Below are positions 24,913-36,374 of a stretch of DNA of 64,000 bases, in pieces. The position numbers and the translations under genes were made by a program. The notes under the pieces are model-generated. The model made no database searches. It was not told where the DNA came from and worked only from the letters and a program-made list of their open reading frames with translations. Numbering within the stretch: position 1 is the first letter of the stretch; each line of letters opens with the position of its first letter. The stretch spans positions 1 through 64,000 of the forward strand of contig NIVC01002384.1 of assembly GCA_002269645.1 (NCBI GenBank), written 5' to 3'. This DNA comes from Macrostomum lignano. Taxonomy: Eukaryota.

Positions 24913-25779
24913 GCAGTCTTGGAAGAAATTTGAAGAAAGTGTTGGTACACTTGCAACTTGCAACTTTAGGGTGCTGTAAGTACCGCTCCACCTTACCTTT
25001 TTCTATACTAAATCTCATTAACGGGACGGCAAGAGGCTTAGCTCCATACATCCAAACTTTTCAAGTGCTGTAAAATATTTTTATTTTTTCAAATTTTCTA
25101 TTTAACTTTTCCACCTGTTGCGCAAGGCTGTTTCCCATGTTTACTTTTAGTGCATAAAGTACTTGTAATTATGTCCGGTAACCAGGCCAATCTATGATAT
25201 TTTATAATTCTCTATCATTCGCCGTCACTTTTAATTGCAATAATTCCTGTTTTGCCTGTTATTTTTATTTTGTTTTAAAATTGGCATTATTATTGTATAA
25301 TTGGCATTCATTGTGTACATTCTGGTTCTTGTTAATGTCTTTGCCTGCTTGTTAAAATCCATAGCTATATTTTAGCTCTTCCAATAATGTTTTTATATAG
25401 TTATAAATTGATCTCTCCCTGATCGCACCCTGTTAATAGCTGTTGCCTGCCTGAACTTGTATGATTATAATAAATTTGCTATTTAGTTCTGTAATCACTG
25501 CGCCTATTCAAGTCTGTTGGAGTACCCGATTCGATTAATGCGTTCGCCTAATTTCTATCTGGACAGTTAATAAAATAGATAGCCTTATGCTATAATTATA
25601 TTATCTGAGCACTAACTACAGTAATATTGTACATGCCGTTCGTTGTGAGCAGACGATGTTTCTATTGCGGCTCTTTGTAAACTAATTGCTTTCTATTGTA
25701 ATAAATCTTTGTCTTTGATTATTTTCTGTTTCATTTTCTAACGGACCAGATCTACCGTCCATTTGTATGTGTGCTTGCT

Positions 25780-26178
25780 TACTGTTGGCTATGTACATGC
25801 TACTGTTGGCTATGTACATGCTACTGTTAGCTATGTACATGCTACTGTTAGCTATGTACATGCTACTGTTGGCTATGTACATGCTACTTTTGGCTATGTA
25901 CATGCTACTGTTGGCTATGTTCATGCTACTGTTGGCTATGTACATGCTACTGTTGGCTATGTACATGCTACTTTTGGCTATGTACATGCTACTGTTGGCT
26001 ATGTTCATGCTACTGTTGGCTATGTACATGCTACTTTTGGCTATGTACATGCTACTGTTGGCTATGTTCATGCTACTGTTGGCTATGTATATGCTACTGT
26101 TGGCTATGTACATGCTACTGTTGGCTATGTACATGCTACTGTTAGCTATGTACATGCTACTGTTGGCTATGTACATGT
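25780..26178. repeat. 21-bp minisatellite (ctactgttggctatgtacatg), about 19 copies
   Basis: Direct reading. Confidence 0.95.
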
Positions 26179-26299
26179 GACCATATGCTACGTACGACGT
26201 ATGCAACATTAATAATTAACATTTCAAATATGCAATGAGAACATTTATGGTAGGAAATGCAGAGACGAGGGGATTACTGAAGGCTAAAAAAGACATATC

Positions 26300-26436
26300 A
26301 CCATCTGCTTCTGGTCACTGTACCACCGGAAAACTCTGGCACGGGAAGGGGTTTGGTCTCCGAAAGCAGCAGGGTAAAGTTTCAATGCACTTTCGTGAAC
26401 AATCATGATACAAAAGTCTCGGCTTGTCAATTCCAT
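26300..26436 (-). pseudogene. Degenerate mariner transposase N-terminal fragment
   Basis: The translation MELTSRDFCIMIVH...AFGDQTPSRARVFRWYS follows the mariner start pattern MEL.RE.FR..I...AFGD.AP....V..W. TIRs were not identified. Confidence 0.6.
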
Positions 26437-26995
26437 TGCAGTGAGTACAGTTTGGTACAGGGGTGTTGAACTCGAATAATGATTGTGAAATATTGACAAG
26501 AGCACAGAGGTTCGAGAAGCGAGTCGCATTGTGTCCGCATCAATTTCATCAGAATAGTTCAGCCTCATGGCACACTGTTTACACCTGAAAACTGCAGTGG
26601 CGGGGGCTGCAGCTGACGCAATGTGATATATCTATGAAAGTTGTGCCTATAATTAGTCCAGTTGCAATTACGTGTAGATTGCGGCCAAACATGTGTCTTA
26701 CAAAGTTTGAAAGCAAGCGAGCGCGGTCTGAGATAACAACAACCGTGTGCTTTCCTGAGGGGCGGGGGCTGTGCGCTTGTCCGAAGTTAAACTTGAATTC
26801 CTGTGCATGCAGCACTAGCTGGCAACTAACTGATTATTCCATTTTGCAAGCCTTAACTTTATACCCGCTTTAACTGTGACTTTTGCTGCTAGATAAAATT
26901 CAGTTAAAAAATTTACATTACGTAAAACTTTATTTTGCATTAATTGAATATTTCTGAGCCTTTGAGTGACAAATGAACCCCAGTTGAGAATAGCG

Positions 26996-27750
26996 GATAG
27001 AGGGGAAGAGAGGTGGGTGAGACAGATTGATGGGAAGAAAGGTGGATGATAGCAGATAGAGGGGAAGAGAGCTGGGTGAGACAGATTGATGGGAAGAAAG
27101 GTGGATGAGAGTAGATAGAGGGGAAGAGAGGTGAGTGAGAGCAGATAGAGGGGTAGATAGGTGAGTGAGAGCAGATAGAGGGGAAGAGAGGTGGGTGAGA
27201 GCAGATAGAGGGGTAGATAGGTGGCTGAGAGCAGATAGAGGGGAAGAGAGGTGGGTGAGAGCAGATAGAGGGGTAGATAGGTGGGTGAGAGCAGATAGAG
27301 GGGTAGATAGGTGGGTGAGAGCAGATAGAGGGGAAGAGAGGTGGGTGAGAGCAGATAGAGGGGAAGAGAGGTAGGTGAAAGCAGATAGAGGGGTAGATAG
27401 GTGGGTGAGAGCAGATAGAGGGGTAGATAGGTGGGTGAGAGCAGATAGAGGGGAAGAGAGGTGGGTGAGAGCAGATAGAGGGGAAGAGAGGTGGGTGAGA
27501 GCAGATAGAGGGGTAGATAGGTGGGTGAGAGCAGATAGAGGGGAAGAGAGGTGGGTGAGAGCAGATAGAGGGGAAGAGAGGTAGGTGAGAGCAGATAGAG
27601 GGGTAGATAGGTGGGTGAGAGCAGATAGAGGGGTAGATAGGTGGGTGAGAGCAGATAGAGGGGTAGATAGGTGGGTGAGAGCAGATAGAGGGGTAGATAG
27701 GTGGGTGAGAGCAGATAGAGGGGAAGAGAGGTGGGTGAGAGCAGAGGGAG
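26996..27750. repeat. 30-bp purine-rich minisatellite (gggtgagagcagatagaggggtagataggt / ...ggaagagaggt), about 25 copies
   Basis: Direct reading; 10-aa periodic ORF. Confidence 0.95.
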
Positions 27751-28152
27751 AAACTGCACCAGGGAATAAGCGAGTGCAGAAGTGATCAGAATTTCTAACA
27801 GTTCATCGGCAAAATGATATATATTTGCATCCCTATAAACAGTCGCCAAGTGATTCGAATAGCATATAGCCTATAGCTACTGTTACCATGGCAACGCAAA
27901 CAAACAGCCAAGCCAGTGGGACTCGGCGCATTCCTAACAGCGTGACGTTTGGCCCAGAATTTGTTGGCTATCTAAAAAAACATTTTGCGCAGACAAAAAT
28001 CGAAGTTTCGAGCTACGAGTATATCTATATTGTTCGCCCTAGTAGCTATCTTATCTATATAAGCCCTTCGGTTTAATAAAAACCCAGAAATTGCCGAAAC
28101 TAAGAAAATAGATTTTGTTGCGATTAAACTGCAACCGGCAGGAAAAATTGGC

Positions 28153-30176
28153 ATGACTGATAATCGATTCTGGCTACTCCTAGCCCTGACTGTGGCCGGC
28201 AACTGCTGGCTCAGCACGGCGAGGGACATTGTCCTTGACAACAATGGCCGCTACAACGATGTCCTAGTGTCCGTGTCCCAGAACATTCCAGAGGACTGGG
28301 AACTGGTACAAAGAATCAAGGTGAGTATCTGTGTGGGTAGATAGGGTTGCTCCTTTGGATGCCTCCAGATTAAAGCCATTGTACAGTCCACTCCCATTCC
28401 ATACTACTGTAGGTCACCCCCTGTATTCCATACTAAAGTAGGTCACTCGTATTCCATACTACAGCAGATGTAGGTCACTCCTCATGCCACAGTTTCAACC
28501 GTAGCATCCCATATCCCTAACAACAGGACGGCTTCCAGCAGGCCTCCCAGCGCCTCGCTGTCGCCAGTAGAATTAACGGCTCCCGCTCCTTCGCCTTCGG
28601 TCATGTGTACATCCTGGTGCCGCGGTCCTGGAGCAACCAGTCTGTCGACTCGAGCGCCACCTGGCACACGGAGGATGCGGCCCACTTCCGTGTCGATCAG
28701 AGGGGCAGCCAAATCCCCAGCACCGTGCAGCCGGGCGACTGCGGGCAGCCGGGGCTGCACGTCAACCTGCACCGGGAGCACCTGCGGGACACCAGCGCTG
28801 AAGACTGTGAGGCTTGCGGCCAGATCTGAGCGGGTTTTCGATGGGATTGTAGAAGGTGTCAGTTGTGTCTAAGTGAAGGTGTCAGTTGTGTCTAAGTGAG
28901 GATGTCAGACTTCTCCTGAAGAGGGTGTGTGTCCAATAATGTTTAAGATAATGTACCCATTTCTACAGATAATGTGTCTATAAATGCTGCTTTATGGCAT
29001 AATGCATGGGATAATGTATGGGATAATGTATGGGATAATGTCTGGGATAATGTATTAGATAATGCATGGGATAATGCATGTGATAATGTATAGGATAATG
29101 TATGGGACAATGTATATGGGATAATGTATGGGACAATGTATATGGGATAATGTGTGGGATAATGTATATGGGATAATGTGTGGGATAATATGTCGAAAAT
29201 TCACCCCAACCGGCAGTGGGCAAGCAGCTGGTGCACGAGTTCGCCCACCTCCGCTGGGGAGTGTTCAACGAGTACAACGGAGCCTTGGGACCGCACGCCT
29301 TCCTGCACCAGGGCCGCCTGAGCCCCGTCCGCTGTTCGGCCAGCATCACGGGAAAGTTCGGGCACAAGGACACCGGAAATCCGTGCAAAGTGGACCGCGT
29401 GACCCTGGAGCTGGAGCCCGACTGTCGCTTCATTTTGGACTCGGCTCAGACTGCTCAGGCATCGCTGATGTACACGACTTACTTGGCCTCCGTGAGGCAG
29501 TTCTGCCAGCCGCCTTCAGGTAGCTTTGCTCAAATTATTATTTATTTGTTATCTACTCGTAGGTCGTAGCCTAGTGGTTAGAGCGTCAGACTTACGACTT
29601 GAAGGTCGGAGGTTCGATTCACGATCCCACTGAAGCAATTTCTGTCCTTGAGCAAGACACTTAACTCTGCATTGCTTCAGTTCACCCAGCTGTAAAATGG
29701 GTGCCAGCATTAGCTGGGGTAATTCAGGGTGTGTGGCGACCCCCCAGTCCTTGGACTGAACAGCCGTACGCAGCCTTCAGATGCGCCGCGCAATAGCTGC
29801 GGCTGAGCTGTCGGTTGCACATCCTTAAAAAAAGGATGATCCTGTGATCCTTGAAAGACCGGATTCGTGAATATAAATTTACGGATTCGCGTCACCACTG
29901 TTTAAACTGCTACCGAGACTTTTTATTTTTGATTCGCAGGCGACCCGGACTTCGATCACAACGTGGCGGCACCGAATCCGCAGAACCGGCGCTGCTACGG
30001 CCGCAGCGTCCAGTCCGTGATGCTGGAGCACGCCGACTACAAGAAGGCTATCGATGGCAGCGAAACTGACACCACCGTCAACTTCACTGTAGTGCAGCCG
30101 CGGGGCGCTCGAAGGCTGGTCATCGTGATGGACGTCTCCGGAAGCATGGGCGTGAGTGTCTGTCTGCCTGCCTGCC

Positions 30177-30213
<37 letters not shown>

Positions 30214-30220
30214 GTCTGTG

Positions 30221-30275
<55 letters not shown>

Positions 30276-30276
30276 G

Positions 30277-30333
<57 letters not shown>

Positions 30334-30336
30334 GCC

Positions 30337-30395
<59 letters not shown>

Positions 30396-30396
30396 G

Positions 30397-30455
<59 letters not shown>

Positions 30456-33400
30456 GTGTCTGTCTGTGTGTCTGTCTGTCTGTGTGTCTGTGTGTCTGTG
30501 TATCTATTCATTATCTTATCTATTATACTCATCAGACCAACCAAGGCGCTCCCCTGGCCAAGATGAAGATCGCAGTCCGCACGCTGCTGCTGGGGCTACT
30601 GGAAGACGGGATCCAGTGCGCCATGACCAGCTTCAGCACTTCGTCGACCCTCCTGAGCAACCTGAACCCGCTGGACAGCGCGGCTATCCGCAGACAGTAC
30701 TGGAGAATCGTTGCCCGCCTGACAGCCAGAGGCGGCACGGCAATTGGGGGCGCTCTGGCTGACGCTATGGAGGTAAATGACGAGACGGAATTTGGATTCT
30801 GAGATGTGGGATTATTTGGGATTTAGAGTAAGCAGCTAGGATCTGTGGAGTATTTGTGAGCCAAAAAGAAAGATGGAGGTTTTATCGTGGTTTAATAGAA
30901 GGAAATATGTGTTTAGTGAACTGAGGCCTAAATTAAATTCAATGTGAGTTTCAACTTTTAAGATTAATGTGAGTTTAGTAGTAGACTTTTACGATTAATG
31001 TGAGTTTAGTAGTAGACTTTTACGACTAATGTGAGTTTAATAGTAGACTTTTACGACTAATGTGAGTTTAATATAGTATTTGTCATGCTATCTCAGCCTA
31101 GAGACATCCAAACTCAGCCAGCCCATCTCGACAGTGCGATTTTTTACGTAAGCCAGTCAAGTTTTACCATAGACATGCTTCTTAAGGCCATGCTATCTCA
31201 GCCTGGGACATGCAATCTCAGCGTTGTTGCGTACCCTTACTGACTTTTCTTGCTGCGTTCATTCATTGCTGTTTGTTGCCATTTCATGTCACGTTATAGA
31301 AATGATAGCATTGAGATCTGTTTGCAATTGAAATCTATATTGGCTGAGATTGCATGTCCCAGGCCGAGTTAGCATGGCCTTAAGAAGCATGTCTATGGTA
31401 AAAGTCGACTAGCTCGAGCCAAAAAAACGCATTGCGGAATGGGACTGGCTGAGTTTGGATGTCTCTAGGCTGAGATAGCATGACAAATACTATAGTAGAC
31501 TTTTACGACTAATGTGAGTTTAAGTAGTAGACTTTTACGACTAATGTGAGTTTAATAGTAGACTTTTACGACTAATGTGAGTTTAATAGTAGACTTTTAC
31601 GACTAATGTGAGTTTAAGTAGTAGACTTTTACGACTAATGTGAGTTTAATAGTAGACTTTTACGACTAATGAGTTTAGTAGTAGTCTTTACGACTAAAGT
31701 GAGTTTAATAGTAGACTTTTACGACTAATGTGAGTTTAATAGTAGACTTTTACGACTAATGAGTTTAGTAGTAGTCTTTACGACTAAAGTGAGTTTAAGT
31801 AGTAGACTTTTACGACTAATGTGAGTTTAATAGTAGACTTTTACGACTAATGTGAGTTTGAGTAGTAGACTTTTACGACTAATGTGAGTTTAATAGTAGA
31901 CTTTTACGACTAATGTGAGTTTAAGTAGTAGACTTTTACGACTAATGAGTTTAGTAGTAGTCTTTTTTGACTAATGAGTCTAGTAGTAGACTTTTACGAC
32001 TAATGTGAGTTTAATAGTAGACTTTTACGACTAATGTGAGTTTAATAGTAGACTTTTACGACTAATGTGAGTTTAAGTAGTAGACTTTTACGACTAATGT
32101 GAGTTTAATAGTAGACTTTTACGACTAATGTGAGTTTAAGTAGTAGACTTTTACGACTAATGTGAGTTTAGTAGTAGACTTTTACGACTAATGTGAGTTT
32201 AGTAGTAGACTTTTACGACTAATGTGAGTTTAGTTTTAGGATCTACTCGTATGTGAGTTAAATAGCAGATTTTAGAATTTTAGAAGTTTAGTGCGGATAG
32301 GTAGGAGGTTTATGATGCAAAATTGGTCAGTTGCTATTTGAAAATTGAAGAGGTTTTTAAACATCCTTAAGCTTCCCTTGCTCGCATGCTGAAGATCAGA
32401 CATCCCATTTCTCCCCAATCAACAGCTGCTGGGAGCGGACATGAACCGGCCCAGCAAGGAGGACACAGGCTACATTTTGCTGCTGACTGACGGCATCGAG
32501 AACCACACGCCCAGATACACCCTGGCACAGGCGACCGCCATCGCCGCTCGAACGTCAATCGTTGTGGACACGGTGGCGTTCGGCAGTCAGGCAGACAAGC
32601 GGCTCGCCGAACTGTCGGCTGTGACTGGCGGCAAAGCCTACTTTGCCAGGTTCAACAGCCCGGCGAACGACCTGATGGAGGCCATGTCAGACATGGTCAG
32701 GGACCGGGTGGACACCTCGCAGAAGCCTATCGATGTGAGTTTGGTGAACGCAGGATTAGCGAGTTGGTGAATGCGGATTAGTAAATTGGTGAATGCGGAT
32801 TAGTGAGTTGGTGAATGCGGATTAGTGAGTTGGTGAATGCAGATTAATGAGTTGGTGAATGCGGATTAGTGAGTTGGTGAATGCAGGATTAGCGAGTTGG
32901 TGAATACGGATTAGTGAGTTGGTGAATTTGGATTAATGAATTGGTTAATGCAGATTAGTGAGTTGGTGAATTCGGATTAGTGAGTTGGTGAATTCAGGAT
33001 TAGCGAGTTGGTGAATGCAAATTAGTGAGTTGGTGAATGCGGATTAGTGAGTTGGTGAATTCAGATTAGTGAGTTGGTGAATGCGGATTAGTGAGTTGGC
33101 GAATGCGGATTAGTGAGTTGGTGAATGCGGATTAGAGAGTTGGTGAATTCAGGATTAGCGAGTTGGTGAATGCGGATTAGTGAGTTGGTGAATTTGGATT
33201 AATGAATTGGTTAATGCAGATTAGTGAGTTGGTGAATTCGGATTAGTGAGTTGGTGAATTCAGGATTAGCGAGTTGGTGAATGCGGATTAGTGAGTTGGT
33301 GAATGCAGATTAGTGAGTTAGTGAATGCGGATTAGTGAGTTGGTGAATGCGGATTAGTGAGTTGGTGAATGCGGATTAGTGAGTTGGTGAATGCGGATTA

Positions 33401-36087
33401 GTGAGTTGGTGAATGCAGATTAATGAGTTGGTGAATGCAGATTAGTGAGTTGGTGAATGCGGTATTAGCGAGTTGGTGAATGCGGATTTGCAAGTTGGGA
33501 AGGCAAGAATAGTGAGCGTGAGATTATGAGATGGTGAAAGCCCCGGAATAGTCAACTGGTGACTGATATAAACTTTTTGGAAGCATGGAAATGCCAAGAC
33601 AAATTAAACGGCAATCCGATGCCCGTGCGTTTGTACCACAAACATTCACAAACAGGTGTTCTCAACGCCAGTGCCAGCCACCTTCACCGAGCACGTGGTC
33701 CTTGACGAGTCCATCAGCAAAGGTGCTCAGTTTACCCTGAGCTCACCGGCAGTCGCCGATATTAAGAACGCCGACCTGAGGGTTGTTTCGCCCAGCGGGG
33801 TTGAATACTCCAGCCTGAACGGCTCCAACTACCTCCGGGAGGAGACCGCCGGGGTCGTCAGCATCGGCACCGAGGGCAAAATCGAAGTGAGCCGTTCATT
33901 TCGACAACCCAGTATTCCTTTCGGCAACTCAATACCCATTTCGGCAACCCAATACCCATTTCGGCAATCCAATACCCAGTTTGACAACTCAATACCCAGT
34001 TTGACAACCCAATACCCAGTTTGACAACCCAATACCCAGTTGGACAACCCAATACCCAGTTTGACAACCCAATACCCGATTCGGCAACCCAATACCCGAT
34101 TCGGCAACCCAATACCCGATTCGGCAACCCAATACCCGATTCGGCAACCCAATACCCAGTTCGACAACCAAATACTTAATTCGGCAACCCATAGCTGCGA
34201 AACCGAAGAACTTCAAAAGCCGCTCTATTCCAGGCCGGCAGCTGGACCATTCATGGCGTCCGTAAGAGCCGCGACTTGCCCAAGCCGACCAACAACGGCC
34301 TGTCGCTGGTGGTCACCTCGCGGCCAACGGACGCGGCGCCTATCATCCTGGACGGTTTGGTCAGCCCAGCTAAGCTGGTGCTTCGGGCTGACACTCGGGT
34401 TTCGGTGTTCGCCACGCTCAGCCAGGGCTCCGAGCTGCTCTCTGGCGCCGAGATCTTGGCCAGCGTTGAGTCCGACACCGGGGTGGACGCCGAGTTCAAA
34501 CTGCTTGACGACGGCTTTGGTGAGCAAACTTCCCTGGACTTCGGATTCTCCTGGACGGGATTTCCGACTTATTGGAACTTTCGATTGACTGGGATTCCCC
34601 TTGACTGGGATTCCCCTTGACTGGGATTCCCCTTGACTGGGATTCCCCTTGACTGGGATTCCCCTTGACTGGGATTCCATTTGACTGGGATTCCCTTTGA
34701 CTGGGATTTCATTTGACTGGAATTCCCCAACTGGGATTCCCTTTAACTGGGATTCCCATTGACTGTGATTCCCTTTGACTGGGATTTCCTTTGACTGTGA
34801 TTCCCTTTGACTGGGATTTCCTTTGACTGTGATTTCCTTTGACTGTGATTCCCCTTGACTGGGATTTTCTTTGACTGTGATTTCCTTTGACTGGGATTCC
34901 CTTTGAATGGGATTATCATTTCTACAACTTGGCGATAGAATGCAATAGAGAGCTTGAATTTCTGTTCATTTTTAATCATCAAATTTTCCTGCCCAGGAGC
35001 GGACGCAATCCGGGGTGACGGAGTGTACAGCGGCTTCGTTCCAACCCAGGTCAACCAGGTCCGCGAGTACAATGTCCGCCTGACCGCCAGCAAGCCGGTG
35101 AGCCGGGTCTCCACGGCCGGCAAGTTTGAGGTGACCGGAGTGGACCAGGGCAGCCTAAGCCGGACACCTCCGGCCAGGATCGGCGACCTGCGCGCTCGCA
35201 TCAGCCTCGGCAGCCGGGCTGCTCAGGTCGGCCTCGAGTTCACCGCGGTGGGAGCCCGGCGGATGGAGGGATCGGGTGAGTCATCGGGGGAGGGGTGTGC
35301 TTGGGGTTTCCAGGGTTGGAGCTTGGGGTTTCCAGGGTTGGAGCTTGGGGCTTCCAGGGTTGGAGCTTGGGGTTTCCAGGTTGGAGCTTGGGGTTTCCAG
35401 GTTGGAGCTTGGGGATTCCAGGGTTGGAGCTTGGGGTTTCCAGGTTGGAGCTTGGGGATTCCAGGGTTGGAGCTTGGGGTTTCCAGGGTTGGAGCTTGGG
35501 GTTTCCAGGGTTGGAGCTTGGGGTTTCCAGGGTTGGAGCTTAGGTTCCAAGTATAAAAATACTTTTTTGCATCGCAAGCAAAAATCTGTTAAAAGCTTAG
35601 GACTTAAAAAACTTTTCACTTTTTTCAATGCTAACTTCAAACCTTAACTTCATCCCACGCAGCCTCCCGCTACATCGTGTGGCTGTGCACCAAGCCGGAG
35701 CCCCTGGCCTCCTCCTCTCCCCCGGACAGCTCGAGTCCCGGATGCTCGAACCGCACCCTGCTGAACTCTTCAATCGAGGCGGCCGGATCTCCAATCTCCG
35801 TGCCCGTCCCGCCCGAGGCCCTGTCCGGTCTGTCGGGCACCGTCTACCTGGCGGTGGCCGCGGAAAACTCGGACAAAATTCTCGGCCAGCTGTCCAATGT
35901 GGCCTCGGTGCAGACCAGCCTGCCGGACAATCTGGACGAAGTTGAACGAACTGACGAGACTGGCGGTGGGCTGACTGTGTTGGCCATTGTCTTAATTGCC
36001 GTCGGAGTTGCGCTGGCGGTCGCCCTCATCGTCGGGGTCGGCATCTACTTGATCGTCAAGAAGAAGAACTCTGGAACCACCGTCTAG
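28153..36087 (+). CDS. CLCA: CLCA-family protein (signal peptide, zincin-like CAT/Cys domain, vWA, beta-sheet/FnIII, C-terminal TM), 909 aa; join(28153..28320,28527..28806,29217..29519,29940..30151,30536..30772,32426..32734,33656..33886,34234..34519,34997..35275,35663..36087)
   Basis: Motifs seen: signal peptide followed by [12 protein letters not shown]; DCGQPG; [16 protein letters not shown]; SLMY...QFC; [13 protein letters not shown]; MIDAS DVSGS / GGTAIG / LLTDG; [19 protein letters not shown]; PPARIGDL; terminal TM. All nine introns are GT-AG with matching phases. The 2730 nt give 909 aa, the usual CLCA size. Confidence 0.95.
28995..29190. repeat. Short (about 12-14 bp) gggataatgtat repeat in CLCA intron 2
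   Basis: Direct reading. Confidence 0.85.
29562..29835 (+). mobile_element. tRNA-derived SINE, family B, with CORE-like central domain, in CLCA intron 3
   Basis: A box tagcctagtgg and B box ggttcgattc, followed by tgtccttgagcaagacacttaactctgcattgcttcagttcacccagctgtaaaatggg, which resembles the MIR/CORE consensus from memory. Short A-rich end. Confidence 0.8.
30157..30500. repeat. (TCTG)n microsatellite filling CLCA intron 4
   Basis: Direct reading. Confidence 0.97.
30940..32235. repeat. About 30-31-bp minisatellite (tagtagacttttacgactaatgtgagtttaa) in CLCA intron 5, interrupted by a MITE
   Basis: Direct reading. Confidence 0.95.
31074..31492. mobile_element. Palindromic MITE (about 420 bp, about 170-bp TIRs, TA target duplication)
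   Basis: Ends tagtatttgtcatgctatctcagcctagagacatcc ... ggatgtctctaggctgagatagcatgacaaatacta. The host unit tttaaTAgtagac shows the TA duplicated at 31072-73 and 31493-94. Confidence 0.88.
32735..33490. repeat. 22-bp minisatellite (gtgagttggtgaatgcggatta) starting at the donor of CLCA intron 6
   Basis: Direct reading. Confidence 0.95.
33898..34190. repeat. 20-bp minisatellite (ttcggcaacccaatacccga) in CLCA intron 7
   Basis: Direct reading. Confidence 0.92.
34583..34915. repeat. 16-17-bp minisatellite (ttgactgggattcccc) in CLCA intron 8
   Basis: Direct reading. Confidence 0.92.
35298..35550. repeat. 21-22-bp minisatellite (ggggtttccagggttggagctt) in CLCA intron 9
   Basis: Direct reading. 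Confidence 0.92.
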
Positions 36088-36374
36088 GCCGGGAGGGACA
36101 TTTTCTATTAATACTACTGATGCTACTGCTATGAGTAGCATTTGAATATCATGCCTATTATTCTTTTCTACTGACACAAAAGCAGAACTGTTTCAGTGAC
36201 GAATTCCACAATTGCTGCAAAATATAATTTATTTAATTGGCTTTTCACGATTAAAATTAATTTTCAATCATTTGAAATCAATGAGGATAAACAATTTTTG
36301 TTTACTGTCAATTTCTTGCGTTACGACTCATTTCAGTAGTTCACTCACTGTGTATTAGTTTACTGTGTAAATTA

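Noticed and set aside
22436-27849. Several low-complexity ORFs (321, 281, 175, 344 aa and others)
   Set aside because: They derive from the CT tract and the 21-, 22- and 30-bp arrays; the unique flanks show no recognisable protein features.
29562-29630. tRNA-like sequences here and at 14370-14437 (minus)
   Set aside because: A and B boxes are present, but there is no convincing acceptor stem and each continues into a SINE body, so they were annotated as SINE heads.
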